Origin: a virus
Reading direction: 5' to 3' (one strand)
DNA: 64,000 nt
Virus record (IMG/VR): IMGVR_UViG_3300027872_000002
Coordinates: 1-64,000 of that record
The notes beneath the pieces were generated by a model. The model was not told the origin of the DNA, did no database searches, and saw only the letters and a list, made by a program, of their open reading frames with translations. Each line of letters starts with the position of its first letter. The first letter of the stretch is position 1. Made by a program: the position numbers and the translations under genes. This document shows, in pieces, positions 36,845 through 46,398 of this stretch.

Positions 36845-39731
36845 TCTCTTGGGATACCAACCTTCATTCACATCACGGTCTCTCGCGCCAGTCGCAAATC
36901 TGACGAATGAGTATGCCGTCAACATCAGGATTGAGCCGTTGAGCTACATCCTCCCGGACAACTTTGATCCGCAGGGCTGGGTGATGAACTTCTGGTTCGT
37001 TCCAGATTGGGACAACACCGATGGGATCCGTCACATCATAGCACAACTCCGTCTTGATGCTGACAACAATGTGACTATCGAGAAGGATGCTGCCGGTGAT
37101 CTGATCATGACCTATGTGGCGCAATCGCAGATCACAGTCATGACAAGGACAGTTGCTTTCACCTCAGGGACTCCGGTGTTTGTTGGAGTAGCGATTGATG
37201 GAATTGGGGCACCCTCAAACACACGTCGCTATACCTACATTGCGGCTGATCAAAATGGGGATGGATCAATCGAGTATGACTTCAAGGGTCAGTTTGGATT
37301 CCCCCCAGACATTGACCCTCTTTTGGACGGGACCTACACCCTCCATGTGGGATCAGATTTTGAGTTCACTCATCCCCTGGATGGGGCGGTCTCCCTCCAG
37401 ATTATAAACACGCAAGACAACACCGCCATCTTTGAAAGATTCAATGGAGGGGCTGGTCTGGCGTTGGAGGGAAATGATAGCTGGATAGCTCGCTGGTGTG
37501 AGTTCTTGGTGATCTCTGTCTCCGCTGAAGCCAACGGCAATGTGAGGGCTGATACTCGGGAGGGAGCCACTGACCTAATGAACGTGGCAGATCCAGGGAC
37601 CGGCAAGTTGGTCTTCAATCAGATTGATGAGGATTATGTCGAGTTCGGGAACACCACTATTTTTGATGGCTTGGCGGCAGGAACATTCTTCTTTGACTTT
37701 GAGAATAAGAACACATCCCAGGGCAAGATTCTGGCGGGCCGGTTCCGTCTTGCCGGCAACAATAATCGGCAATGGCTGGCATCGTTCTTTGGTCTGGGAG
37801 AGTTGGATTTTCAAATCAACATTGACCCATCTCCCGGAGGAGAGAACGGCAACGCCCACTACCAGCAGCGAGTGGCTCAGTTGGGCCAGAGGATATGTTG
37901 GATTGTTCGGTACGATGGATCCCAGCCGGATGACTTTGGGCCCACCGGAAAGATTCGGTATTGGTGGGCCTTGTATTCTTCCACGGGAGCCATTGGCGTA
38001 CCATTCCCGGCACCTCTCAATCCTGAGCGGATCTGGACACCTCTGGAGGAGACCCCAATAGCAGATATGTCCAACACCGGGACAGGGCCAATCCCATCTA
38101 CGTTCAAATCTGCAATCGGCTCGACAAACTACCGTTGGTCATCCTTCGATGATCAGCAGGTCAGCGAGATGACTGGGGACCTCCACGACTTCCGATTCAA
38201 CCTTGGAAGGGCTCTCGACCCATCTGAGATTGAAGCAATCAATCCCTCAGAGTTTATCAGAAGCCAATGGACCCATCGATGGGGCATGGTTCTGAATGCT
38301 GCTGGGGAGGTTCCGGATGATTATGGATCGGGCATTGATGGGTCTATGGAGACCGTTGGAGGGGATGGTCCGGATGAGGCCAGCGATGACAGAAGTTTCC
38401 GCCACGGCCAATTCCCAAAAGACATTGAGGAGGGGGTCTTTGCTTTCGATGGGATAGATGACCTGATCCTCTCAGCGGATCCTGGGGACGATGCAGAAAT
38501 TGAATTGAATCGTCTCTCACTACCTGGCGACAGCAGTGTCTCTGGAGGCAATCGAGCGGAGACGCCCGACAATGTTGCCATGGATGTTTTGGTTGGTGAT
38601 CTTGACCTCAGGGTGGACATTCGCAGGGATAGCTTCACGGATGGCCCGACTCAGTTCAGCCAACAGACAATACTGACAAAAACCAATGGATTCCCCGACA
38701 GGGTTTTTGACTGGGCCTTCTCCAGCTTTGGGACTTTTGTTGTTACCGTATATCGAGATGACGGACAAGGATTTGGCTTTGCGATTGCTGAGTTCATGCC
38801 TTACTGGTTGGATGGGAGGCGTCTCTGGATTCGATGCACAGTTCAGCTGGATGATGGCTCTGGTAATCGAGTCGCCATCTTCTACTACTCAGAGACCTGG
38901 GATGGGGTGTCGGCAGATGATGGAGAGACCTGGATTGAAGTAGGCCGCGACACCGATGCTGGAGTTATCTCGCCAGCCCTCAATACTGGGTCTGATATGG
39001 AGCTTGGCTCTTCCAGCTTCAACGCATTCTCTCGGCTCCGTGCTGATGTCTTCCGGGCCCAAGTCAGAGACGGGATTGATGGAACGATTGTTTGGGATCC
39101 GGACTTTGAAGCAGAGGCTCCCGGAACCACCAGCTTCACGGAGGATGCGAATGCGTTGACCGTTGACATAATCCAGAACATCCCAGGGACCAATACCTTT
39201 GCTGAGATCACGAATGGACTCCAGCGGGCATCCTGGGGATGGTGGGGACGGATTGGCAGTATTGCTGCTGGACCATTGGATACCATCTTTGGGAGATACG
39301 ATGCCGCTGATAACCAATTCCGGATTGTCCGAAATGGACCTGACATTCGGGTTGAGATTTCCAGTGGCGGAAATGATCAATCCAACTATGTTGATTTCAC
39401 TCTGGGGATGGAGGCCGGACAGAAGTGGAAGTTCATCGTAGTCTATGTTGGGTCTGGACCTTATGCCTATCCCCAAGATGATCCACCAAAGGGAATCCGG
39501 GTGACCTTGTATGCCTACCTCTTTGATGAGGCCACCGGCCAATACGGATCCCGCCAGACTCCTCTTGGAGTAGTCACAGGGCTCCTCCCGCAAAGCTTGG
39601 TGCCATCGGCTCTGGGATATGTCTGGGGCAACTCATCCTTCCTGGGAGAGGTTGATGAGACTCGGATATGGAATGATGTAGAGCTTGATGCCATTCAAGC
39701 AGATGCTGAAACAGTCTACCAAAGCGCGTGA
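36810..39731 (+). CDS. large tail fibre/host-specificity protein with LamG (concanavalin-like lectin) domain signatures
   Basis: 973 aa (start uncertain). LamG_3-like endings MTGDLHDFRFNLGRALDPSEIEAI and SSFLGEVDETRIWNDVELDAIQ, plus FAFDGIDDLIL. Confidence 0.6.
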   Translation: MKSRSRSKAVYSLLGYQPSFTSRSLAPVANLTNEYAVNIRIEPLSYILPDNFDPQGWVMNFWFVPDWDNTDGIRHIIAQLRLDADNNVTIEKDAAGDLIMTYVAQSQITVMTRTVAFTSGTPVFVGVAIDGIGAPSNTRRYTYIAADQNGDGSIEYDFKGQFGFPPDIDPLLDGTYTLHVGSDFEFTHPLDGAVSLQIINTQDNTAIFERFNGGAGLALEGNDSWIARWCEFLVISVSAEANGNVRADTREGATDLMNVADPGTGKLVFNQIDEDYVEFGNTTIFDGLAAGTFFFDFENKNTSQGKILAGRFRLAGNNNRQWLASFFGLGELDFQINIDPSPGGENGNAHYQQRVAQLGQRICWIVRYDGSQPDDFGPTGKIRYWWALYSSTGAIGVPFPAPLNPERIWTPLEETPIADMSNTGTGPIPSTFKSAIGSTNYRWSSFDDQQVSEMTGDLHDFRFNLGRALDPSEIEAINPSEFIRSQWTHRWGMVLNAAGEVPDDYGSGIDGSMETVGGDGPDEASDDRSFRHGQFPKDIEEGVFAFDGIDDLILSADPGDDAEIELNRLSLPGDSSVSGGNRAETPDNVAMDVLVGDLDLRVDIRRDSFTDGPTQFSQQTILTKTNGFPDRVFDWAFSSFGTFVVTVYRDDGQGFGFAIAEFMPYWLDGRRLWIRCTVQLDDGSGNRVAIFYYSETWDGVSADDGETWIEVGRDTDAGVISPALNTGSDMELGSSSFNAFSRLRADVFRAQVRDGIDGTIVWDPDFEAEAPGTTSFTEDANALTVDIIQNIPGTNTFAEITNGLQRASWGWWGRIGSIAAGPLDTIFGRYDAADNQFRIVRNGPDIRVEISSGGNDQSNYVDFTLGMEAGQKWKFIVVYVGSGPYAYPQDDPPKGIRVTLYAYLFDEATGQYGSRQTPLGVVTGLLPQSLVPSALGYVWGNSSFLGEVDETRIWNDVELDAIQADAETVYQSA

Positions 39732-39737
39732 GATAAA

Positions 39738-40637
39738 ATGCCGATCACCCCAAACAACCGTTGGAATTTTAGAGCATCGGAGGAAGTGGATGAAGCCGAT
39801 GCTCCCATCGTGATTATTCCGCCACCACCCCCACCACCCCCACCCACTCTTGTCTCAGGAGATCTGATTGATTTGGGGGGCGGAGAGTTTGCTGGCGCAA
39901 CCAATTTCTCAGAGTTCTCAGTGGCCGGAGGCATCCCCTCCGGTATCACGCAATTTGGCATTAGCTCCACGTCTCCGGTAACACACGCAATCGCCAATGA
40001 CGGAGTTGAGGGCAACTACTTCTCAATGGACGGCCACTCCACCGCAGCGGAGGGGTTTGGATATGGCTATGATGCCTTCGACAATGTCTTTGAGTTTGGT
40101 GAAATTCTCGTCAGGATCCGCACAGCCTTTGATGATTCGAACAATGGCCGTAGGAGCATTGGAGGGGCCGCCAGAATCTCAGGGCTGATTGGCCGTCCTG
40201 AGATAGGTCCGGACTTTGATTGCCTCAATCAGGGACTGAGCCTAGCCAGCCCAACCTTCCTTGACACCGGACTCTACCAAGATGCAGGCAGCGGATCCTT
40301 GCCGTCGAGTGGCGCCGTCCAAGAGATTTTCCAGACAGGACAATGGATCTGGATGCGTGTGCGAGTATCCCAGAGCATCCCTGACCCTTCCGAGGATGAT
40401 TGGATCATCACCTCATGGTATGGGAGCCAAGTGGATGCTCTCGATATCAGTGGACAGCCTGGCCCAGATTCAGTCAATTTGGATCGCTTCCGGACCATCA
40501 GTGCGGTCGATGCTCTTGGATGGGCTGCGGCAGCTTTTTGCGATGGGGCTGAGCAGAGGATCTCATACTTGTCATTCTCGACTGACCCGACAGTGACGCC
40601 ACCACCTCTCCCAGGCACCGTGATTGGAGGCCCCTGA
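39738..40637 (+). CDS. hypothetical tail protein with a Pro9 linker
   Basis: 299 aa with nine consecutive Pro codons at 39819-39845. Confidence 0.5.
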   Translation: MPITPNNRWNFRASEEVDEADAPIVIIPPPPPPPPPTLVSGDLIDLGGGEFAGATNFSEFSVAGGIPSGITQFGISSTSPVTHAIANDGVEGNYFSMDGHSTAAEGFGYGYDAFDNVFEFGEILVRIRTAFDDSNNGRRSIGGAARISGLIGRPEIGPDFDCLNQGLSLASPTFLDTGLYQDAGSGSLPSSGAVQEIFQTGQWIWMRVRVSQSIPDPSEDDWIITSWYGSQVDALDISGQPGPDSVNLDRFRTISAVDALGWAAAAFCDGAEQRISYLSFSTDPTVTPPPLPGTVIGGP

Positions 40638-41809
40638 TGACTGAAGTTATCAATGCCCTGACGGGAGACCTGGACCTGGTAGTTGTCGGAGCTACCCAAG
40701 CTGCCGATCTGAGACAGCCTGTGGGGTTTGTACGTGATGGGATTGGGGAGATTGAGAAGTGTCGAGGATCCTACCTTGCCTGCGATGGCTTGGCTGGGTC
40801 ATTTGCTAGCATCGCCAGCACCTCTCTCATGGACATCCTTTCTGATGAAATTGAGATCTGGATTGACCTTGCTGCCCGGAGATGGGATGGCGGGACTGGT
40901 GGGGAGAATTATTGCGGGAGATGGGCAGAGACTGGGGATGAAAGATCCTGGAAGGTCTTCACTGGAGGGGGCGGTGGTGGCGGGAGCCTTCAGCACTTCT
41001 GGAGTTCGACCGGGATCAATTCAGTCAACATCGCTGCTGGCCCCCAATTGTTCACTCTCGCCAATAGTCCCATGCGGATGAAATTCCGCATGCAGATGGA
41101 TCTGAAAACGATCAACAGAATTGAGAATCGAGTGTTCCGCAGATTCTCTGATACAGAGCCCTGGGTCAACATGGTGAAGCATTTCCAAACAGGGACTGTT
41201 GGGATCTTCAACCCCACCGCTGATTTGAGAATTGGAGATGTGGGACCAGGTGGAGAGAATCCATTTCTTGGTCAGTGGTTCTCACTCAGAGTCTGGGATG
41301 GGCTCCGGGAGAGAGGTGGCGTGGAGAAGATCAATATTGACTTCACCAAGGCCACTCCTGGTTCCACTTCATTCTTTGAGGGAGCCCAGGGAATGGAGGT
41401 GAACATAAATGGGACCGCTGAGATCAAAACTGGAGGCTCAGGATCAAGTCTTGGCGACTTCCGCTACAGGCTCAAGAACGTTGGGAGCCATCATCCTATA
41501 GTCCTCAAGACTGACGCCAATATTGAGTTGCTCCGTGGAAGGCTCAATGTCGCCAAGTCCTTGTCTCGGGGAGTGGCAGAGTCCTCCGGAGTCAGCAGGA
41601 TTGATCCTGAGTGGGATTCTGATTTGAGAGTTCCGATCCTCAAGTCTCAGAGTGCCGAGGAGAATGCCACCGCCATCCGAAATGCCACGGGAGAAGCTGG
41701 CTTGCTACAATTGGAATCTCAGATCTTTTCAGAAGCATACTTTGACGATCTGAGGATGTTGGTGTTGGAGAGAGTCGTGCCCATACGGCAAAGAACCATC
41801 CATATCTAG
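40637..41809 (+). CDS. hypothetical tail protein (LamG-like signature, tentative)
   Basis: 390 aa with an ATGA overlap. NPFLGQWFSLRVWDG resembles a LamG C-terminal strand. Contains a Gly6 run. Confidence 0.5.
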   Translation: MTEVINALTGDLDLVVVGATQAADLRQPVGFVRDGIGEIEKCRGSYLACDGLAGSFASIASTSLMDILSDEIEIWIDLAARRWDGGTGGENYCGRWAETGDERSWKVFTGGGGGGGSLQHFWSSTGINSVNIAAGPQLFTLANSPMRMKFRMQMDLKTINRIENRVFRRFSDTEPWVNMVKHFQTGTVGIFNPTADLRIGDVGPGGENPFLGQWFSLRVWDGLRERGGVEKINIDFTKATPGSTSFFEGAQGMEVNINGTAEIKTGGSGSSLGDFRYRLKNVGSHHPIVLKTDANIELLRGRLNVAKSLSRGVAESSGVSRIDPEWDSDLRVPILKSQSAEENATAIRNATGEAGLLQLESQIFSEAYFDDLRMLVLERVVPIRQRTIHI

Positions 41810-41819
41810 GGAGGACCAA

Positions 41820-42194
41820 ATGCACTATGACGTAAAGTTTGGCGATGCCGTCGTGATGACGGTCCACGATCTCGATTCTGCTACCAATCTTGAAGCAGCC
41901 CTCAATGAGGCGGCAGTCGATGGCTTCCAGGTCGAGGGCCTCAAGGCCAGCGTTGAGGAGACTGATAGAGGCCCAGGGCTTGTTGCGGAGGACCCGGAGG
42001 ACCCTTCAGATGACGAAGTCTACTATGCACTAAATGCGGACGATGCAAAGGCCTGGATCAGAGACCACGAGGATACCGATGACGTGGAGTCTCTGATGCT
42101 GGTCGAGCGGTCCCATCCTCGATTCGCTGGAGGCCGGAGCGGAGTGTTGGACGATGCGGAGTCGCACCTTGAGGAGCTTTCTGACGGGGAGTGA
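41820..42194 (+). CDS. hypothetical acidic protein
   Basis: 124 aa with GGGAGGA upstream. Confidence 0.45.
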   Translation: MHYDVKFGDAVVMTVHDLDSATNLEAALNEAAVDGFQVEGLKASVEETDRGPGLVAEDPEDPSDDEVYYALNADDAKAWIRDHEDTDDVESLMLVERSHPRFAGGRSGVLDDAESHLEELSDGE

Positions 42195-42586
42195 GTATCA
42201 TGTTGGTTGATCGGTTGGTTCCAATCCCGGTTCTGGGTGGGCTGCTACTTCAGGTCGAGCCCATCATTTCTTCCAACTGGGCCGCCATGGTTGGGGCCGG
42301 TGGGGTGATCTTGGTGGCGGTGGTCGTGACGCTCGACAAGCTGGGTCTCCTCAAGAAGTTTGGAAGCAACGGAGATGCTGCGTCGGCACGTGCCCAGGAA
42401 GGTCTGAAAGATTCGCTCGATGGCCTTGGAGGGAAGGTGGATAAATTGACGGCCACCCTGAACTCCCAGGTCATGATCCTTGGAGGTCTCAGCGAGGATC
42501 TGAAGGAGACCAACAAGGCTGTGGCGGAAGTCCATAAATGGATCCAAGTTCAGGAGGAAGTGAGGAGACGGGTTGCTGATGGATAA
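42191..42586 (+). CDS. membrane protein (holin candidate)
   Basis: 131 aa (GTG 42191 or ATG 42200). Hydrophobic segments PVLGGLLLQV and AAMVGAGGVILVAVVVTL, then a coiled coil. Lies upstream of the endolysin. Confidence 0.4.
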   Translation: MSIMLVDRLVPIPVLGGLLLQVEPIISSNWAAMVGAGGVILVAVVVTLDKLGLLKKFGSNGDAASARAQEGLKDSLDGLGGKVDKLTATLNSQVMILGGLSEDLKETNKAVAEVHKWIQVQEEVRRRVADG

Positions 42587-42809
42587 GGGCTGGACAAGCG
42601 GCTCCAGATTTTGGAGGATCACACCATACGTGGTGGTTCTCTCTGCCGTCCTTGCCATGTACTTCGATGACCCCACGACCTTCATCGCCATCACAGCGCC
42701 TTGGATAACCGTAGCAGGAGGCAAAAGCATGCTGAGTACCCATGGCAAGAATGGTAGTGTAGCTCCGGATCCCGATGTGGGTCTGGGTCAAGATGCGGGG
42801 CCCAAATAA
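42573..42809 (+). CDS. membrane protein (holin candidate)
   Basis: 78 aa. ITPYVVVLSAVLAMYF and FIAITAPWITVAG hydrophobic segments. ATAATG junction with the endolysin. Confidence 0.4.
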   Translation: MLMDKGWTSGSRFWRITPYVVVLSAVLAMYFDDPTTFIAITAPWITVAGGKSMLSTHGKNGSVAPDPDVGLGQDAGPK

Positions 42810-43360
42810 TGGCTGGGCCTTTCAGGTTTGGTACGGCATCGTCCTCACAACTTACCACTGTCCATCATGACCTTGCGATCATCATGGGCGAGGCCATTGA
42901 GATTTTTGACTTCTCGATACATCAAGGAGCCCGCACAGTCGAGGAGCAAATCAGGAACATTCGCAAGGGAGCCAGCAAGACCCTAGACAGCAGGCACATC
43001 CCACGGAACACCGATGGCGAATATGATCCAAACGCCAAGGGTATGGCCGCGGATTGCTTGCCCTACACCAAGGGCGTGAACGCCTGGCCACAGGACGATG
43101 ATGCTCCCAAGGTTCGCCAAAAGAAGGCCCACAGATTCTACTACATGCAGGGCATCTTCTACACCATCGCCAAACGCAACAACATCGACATCATTCAGGG
43201 AGTCGATTGGGATATGGATGGCAACTTCTTTGACCAGACCTTTGATGACCTTCCTCACATCCAACTAGCAACCAGGCTCCCCAAGCTCCGGGTTGAGGGA
43301 GAGCTTCTGGAAATGGCCAATGAGGCTCTGCTATCGAGGGGGCTGAAAGCTCATGCCTGA
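42809..43360 (+). CDS. endolysin, peptidase M15 family (VanY / L-Ala-D-Glu peptidase-like)
   Basis: 183 aa. Zn-ligand pattern SRH ... GMAADC ... DDLPHIQL, flanked by membrane proteins. Confidence 0.7.
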   Translation: MAGPFRFGTASSSQLTTVHHDLAIIMGEAIEIFDFSIHQGARTVEEQIRNIRKGASKTLDSRHIPRNTDGEYDPNAKGMAADCLPYTKGVNAWPQDDDAPKVRQKKAHRFYYMQGIFYTIAKRNNIDIIQGVDWDMDGNFFDQTFDDLPHIQLATRLPKLRVEGELLEMANEALLSRGLKAHA

Positions 43361-43526
43361 CAAGAGGTCGTGGTTTGATAATTTCACATTACCAAAGTTG
43401 TTCCTGTCACTTGTCGTTTTGCTTATCATCGTGAGGATCGTTCACCCTCCAACAGCCGAGTGGATCCTCACCCCCATCATGGCCGTCGTTGAGATGGGCC
43501 GTGACTTCTTTGGAGAGATGCCATGA
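43353..43526 (+). CDS. possible 57-aa membrane protein (below track cutoff)
   Basis: Read by hand: MPDKRSWFDNFTLPKLFLSLVVLLIIVRIV... Overlaps the endolysin stop and the next start (ATGA). Confidence 0.35.
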   Translation: MPDKRSWFDNFTLPKLFLSLVVLLIIVRIVHPPTAEWILTPIMAVVEMGRDFFGEMP

Positions 43527-43897
43527 AACTTCTCGCATTGCTTTTGATCGCTGCCCCGTTGGCGGCTCAGCAGAGCACCACCACCCTCACTCCAGACATC
43601 AACGTCAATCTCCCTCCGATGGAGATCACCAACGAGATCACGGTGATGTCGGATGAGGAACGACTGGAGAGGATCGCTGTGGCTCTTGAGAACCTGGCAT
43701 TGGCCATCGCCAACCAAGAGTGCAACACCTGTGGTGCGGGTGCGTCCACCACGGCCAAGATCGGGTTGGGGGTGGCGGTGCCGCTGCTCTTGTGGATAGC
43801 CATCTCGTTGAACAAGAGCGCCAACAGAACTGACGTTCATGAAGTCAACATCCCGCCACGTGAGCCCAAGAAGGAAAAATATGGAGAGAGCGGATGA
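43523..43897 (+). CDS. secreted/membrane-anchored protein (lysis accessory candidate)
   Basis: 124 aa. Signal-peptide-like MKLLALLLIAAPLAAQQ (no lipobox Cys) and a C-terminal hydrophobic segment GLGVAVPLLLWIAISL. Confidence 0.4.
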   Translation: MKLLALLLIAAPLAAQQSTTTLTPDINVNLPPMEITNEITVMSDEERLERIAVALENLALAIANQECNTCGAGASTTAKIGLGVAVPLLLWIAISLNKSANRTDVHEVNIPPREPKKEKYGESG

Positions 43898-44535
43898 AGA
43901 AAATCAACTGGAATTGGCTCGCCTGGATGGCAGGAGCCTTTGCCTTCATCGCCATCATCAACAACCTCAATGGTGCTGCGGATCGGGAGGCTGAGGCTGC
44001 ACAAGTTGCTCGTGATTCGATCCGCATCATCGTGGTCGCTGACTCTGTCCTCCGGGTCCAAGACCTGGAACGATTTGAGGAGAACCTGGCACTGGCTCGG
44101 GAGGATGCGAGAGTTGAGCGAGAGGCCCGTCAGGCAGCGGAGCGGAACAGGCGCTTGGCCAGCGCCCAGAGGGACAGTTTGGATAGCATAGTCGATGCCC
44201 TCCCGGACACAGCCACGATGGTGCCTCGGGAATTGTATGACAACGCTCGACTCGCTGCTGACGAAACAGAATCGGCGCTCATAACTATCAACCAAACTCT
44301 GGTGGCCGATACCGTCAGGCTGAGTGACCTTTTGGCAGAGGCCAGCGCTGGTTGGATGGGAGAGATCGACAGCCACAATCTGACTCGTGGACTCAACGAG
44401 GCAAATCGGCTTCTGGCTGAGCGGTGGGAGCGTGCCGCCAACCCTGGCTTCCTGGGCAAGCTCTGGGAGGGCAAAGAGGAGTTCCTGTTGGGGGCCGTGG
44501 TAGGGGCTGTTTTGCTGGGTGCATTCGGGAATTAG
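43894..44535 (+). CDS. N-terminally anchored coiled-coil protein (i-spanin-like candidate)
   Basis: 213 aa. N-terminal TM WLAWMAGAFAFIAII, long Arg/Glu/Ala coiled coil, C-terminal hydrophobic tail. Confidence 0.4.
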   Translation: MKKINWNWLAWMAGAFAFIAIINNLNGAADREAEAAQVARDSIRIIVVADSVLRVQDLERFEENLALAREDARVEREARQAAERNRRLASAQRDSLDSIVDALPDTATMVPRELYDNARLAADETESALITINQTLVADTVRLSDLLAEASAGWMGEIDSHNLTRGLNEANRLLAERWERAANPGFLGKLWEGKEEFLLGAVVGAVLLGAFGN

Positions 44536-44553
44536 GCTTGCTCATTCTACGTC

Positions 44554-44612
44554 TGCGGGGCCTCGTGGGGCATCCAGGGGGTCTAGGGAGCCCAGAGCAT
44601 CGAGGCCCCGCA
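44554..44612 (+). terminator. 12-bp inverted repeat after the lysis block (possible terminator or protein-binding site)
   Basis: TGCGGGGCCTCG (44554-44565) and CGAGGCCCCGCA (44601-44612) with a 35-nt loop. No clear U-tract. Confidence 0.3.
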
Positions 44613-44689
44613 TATCGTGTCTATTGGTGCCCCTCCCTATAGGCTCCCGGTTCCTGTGGTGTGATGGATTCCCGTGACGGAGATCATAG

Positions 44690-44875
44690 CACGTGCCAAT
44701 AGGTCCGGAGGAGCGAGGAGCTAGCAGGACGGAAGGGTGCTATTGGACATGATATTGGTACTCATTCTGCCAATAGGTATCGAGAGCTATTTGGACCTCA
44801 CGCAACTCCTCATTCTTCCAAAAAAATTTCCTCTCAATCTGGCTCTCGTTTAGCAATAGCACAATAGGTCCACGC
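44690..44875. promoter_or_regulatory. cluster of CCAATAGG-type boxes upstream of the replication operon
   Basis: TGCCAATAGGT at 44694 and 44768 (identical to 6531). ACAATAGGTC at 44861. Inverted copies TGCTATTGGAC at 44738 and GATATTGGTAC at 44751. A7 tract at 44820-44826. Confidence 0.45.
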
Positions 44876-44955
44876 CCCAGCCCTTTCCCCATCGAGGCCC
44901 ACCCCGTATAGTCACAGCGTCGCACCGATCTCAGAATTGAAGAATTGGAAAGTCA

Positions 44956-46398
44956 GTGTCCAGTTTCCCTTACAAAACAGATCCCTATTCTCATCAGCGA
45001 GATGCCCTCAGGTTCCTCGCCAAGCGTGGCAAATATGCTGGTCTGTTCATGGAGCAAAGGACCGGCAAGACCAAGGTCATTCTTGACGAGGCAGCATGGC
45101 GATTCTTGAAGGGAGAGATTGGCGCCCTGCTGATCCTGGCTCCCTCCGGAGTCCACACCAACTGGGTCCGTGATGAGATCCCTCTCCACCTCTCTGATGA
45201 GGTCGAGCGTGTGGTGATCGAATGGGACACAGGGAAGTCCAAAACGAAATGGTTCAGGGAGATGTTCAGAGAGGCTATGGCGACCAAAGGCAAGTTGGTC
45301 ATCCTCAGCATGAACATCGAGGTCCTGATCACAGACGGTGGCAAGAAGGCAATCAAGACTCTCATGCGATACTTCCCCACCATGATGGTCATCGATGAGA
45401 GCACCGACATCAAGACGGCTGGAGCCAAGAGAACCAGGAGCGCCAAATACCTTGGCAAGCGTGCGGTGTTCCGTCGCATCCTCTCCGGATTCCCAGACCC
45501 AGAAGGGCCACTGGACTTCTACGGTCAACTGAGCTTCCTGTCGCCTGAGATTATTGGATCGAATGTAGCGACCTTCAAGGAGAGGTATGGCCGATTTGAA
45601 CAACGCTACTATCACGGCAAGAATGCCAAGCCGGTTCAAGTCCTAGTTGGGTACAAGAACCTCCCGGAGCTAACCAAAATTGTCGCCCAACATTGCTTCC
45701 GTGTCCGGAGAGATCAGGTGTTTGATCTGCCTGACAAAATCTACCAGAAACGATACTTTGATTTGTCACCGGAACAGAACCGAATGTATGCCGAGCTTGA
45801 GACCGATTGGCTCACCAACTACATCGAGGATGATGCTGAGGTGAGCGCACCCTTGACCATCGTTCGGCTCCTCCGGCTCCAACAGATTGCGTCTGGCTAT
45901 GTCCCCACTGATTCCGGGGAGGAACCAAACCGGCGGATTGCTGGGCCCAACCCTCGACTCAAAGCTCTGACCGATGCGGTCTCCAGGGTTGATGGACAGA
46001 TCATCATTTGGTATCGCTACCGGATGGACGGAGACCTGTTGGAAGAGACCCTTGGCGACGATGTTGTGAGGTGGGATGGCACGACCAAAAAGACCAGGGA
46101 GGAAGGCAAGGTCAAATTCATTCAGGGCAAGGCTCGATTCTTCATAGGATCCCCAAAGGCTGCTGGCCGCGGATTGACCCTCAAGATGGCCCAAGCCTCA
46201 CTCTACTTCTCTCACTACTGGAGCCTGGAAGCAAGAGTCCAATCTGAGGATCGTGCGGTGGGCGAGAAGGACTGGCCACCGCTGTATATTGACATCATGG
46301 GAAAGGACACAGTGGATGAAAGGATCATTGATGCCCTCCGCGCCAAGGATGACTTGGCTCGCCTAGTGTTAGGAGACCCAGCAAGGAAGTGGATATAA
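44956..46398 (+). CDS. SNF2-family (SF2) helicase/ATPase
   Basis: 480 aa with a GTG start. Motif I EQRTGKTKV, motif II VIDESTDIK, and a helicase C region GSPKAAGRGLTL ... QSEDR. Confidence 0.8.
   Translation: MSSFPYKTDPYSHQRDALRFLAKRGKYAGLFMEQRTGKTKVILDEAAWRFLKGEIGALLILAPSGVHTNWVRDEIPLHLSDEVERVVIEWDTGKSKTKWFREMFREAMATKGKLVILSMNIEVLITDGGKKAIKTLMRYFPTMMVIDESTDIKTAGAKRTRSAKYLGKRAVFRRILSGFPDPEGPLDFYGQLSFLSPEIIGSNVATFKERYGRFEQRYYHGKNAKPVQVLVGYKNLPELTKIVAQHCFRVRRDQVFDLPDKIYQKRYFDLSPEQNRMYAELETDWLTNYIEDDAEVSAPLTIVRLLRLQQIASGYVPTDSGEEPNRRIAGPNPRLKALTDAVSRVDGQIIIWYRYRMDGDLLEETLGDDVVRWDGTTKKTREEGKVKFIQGKARFFIGSPKAAGRGLTLKMAQASLYFSHYWSLEARVQSEDRAVGEKDWPPLYIDIMGKDTVDERIIDALRAKDDLARLVLGDPARKWI

Noticed and set aside
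39716-40015. 99-aa minus-strand ORF with a Gly9 run
   Set aside because: It is the antisense image of the Pro9 linker of the + strand 39738..40637 gene, and so a compositional artefact.
44740-44925. 61-aa minus-strand ORF confined to the 44.5-44.95 kb gap (it could have been a divergent regulator gene)
   Set aside because: It has a GTG start without any SD-like sequence upstream, shows no HTH pattern, and is built largely from the CCAATAGG box region. It cannot be fully excluded, so it is worth a look in Ribo-seq data.
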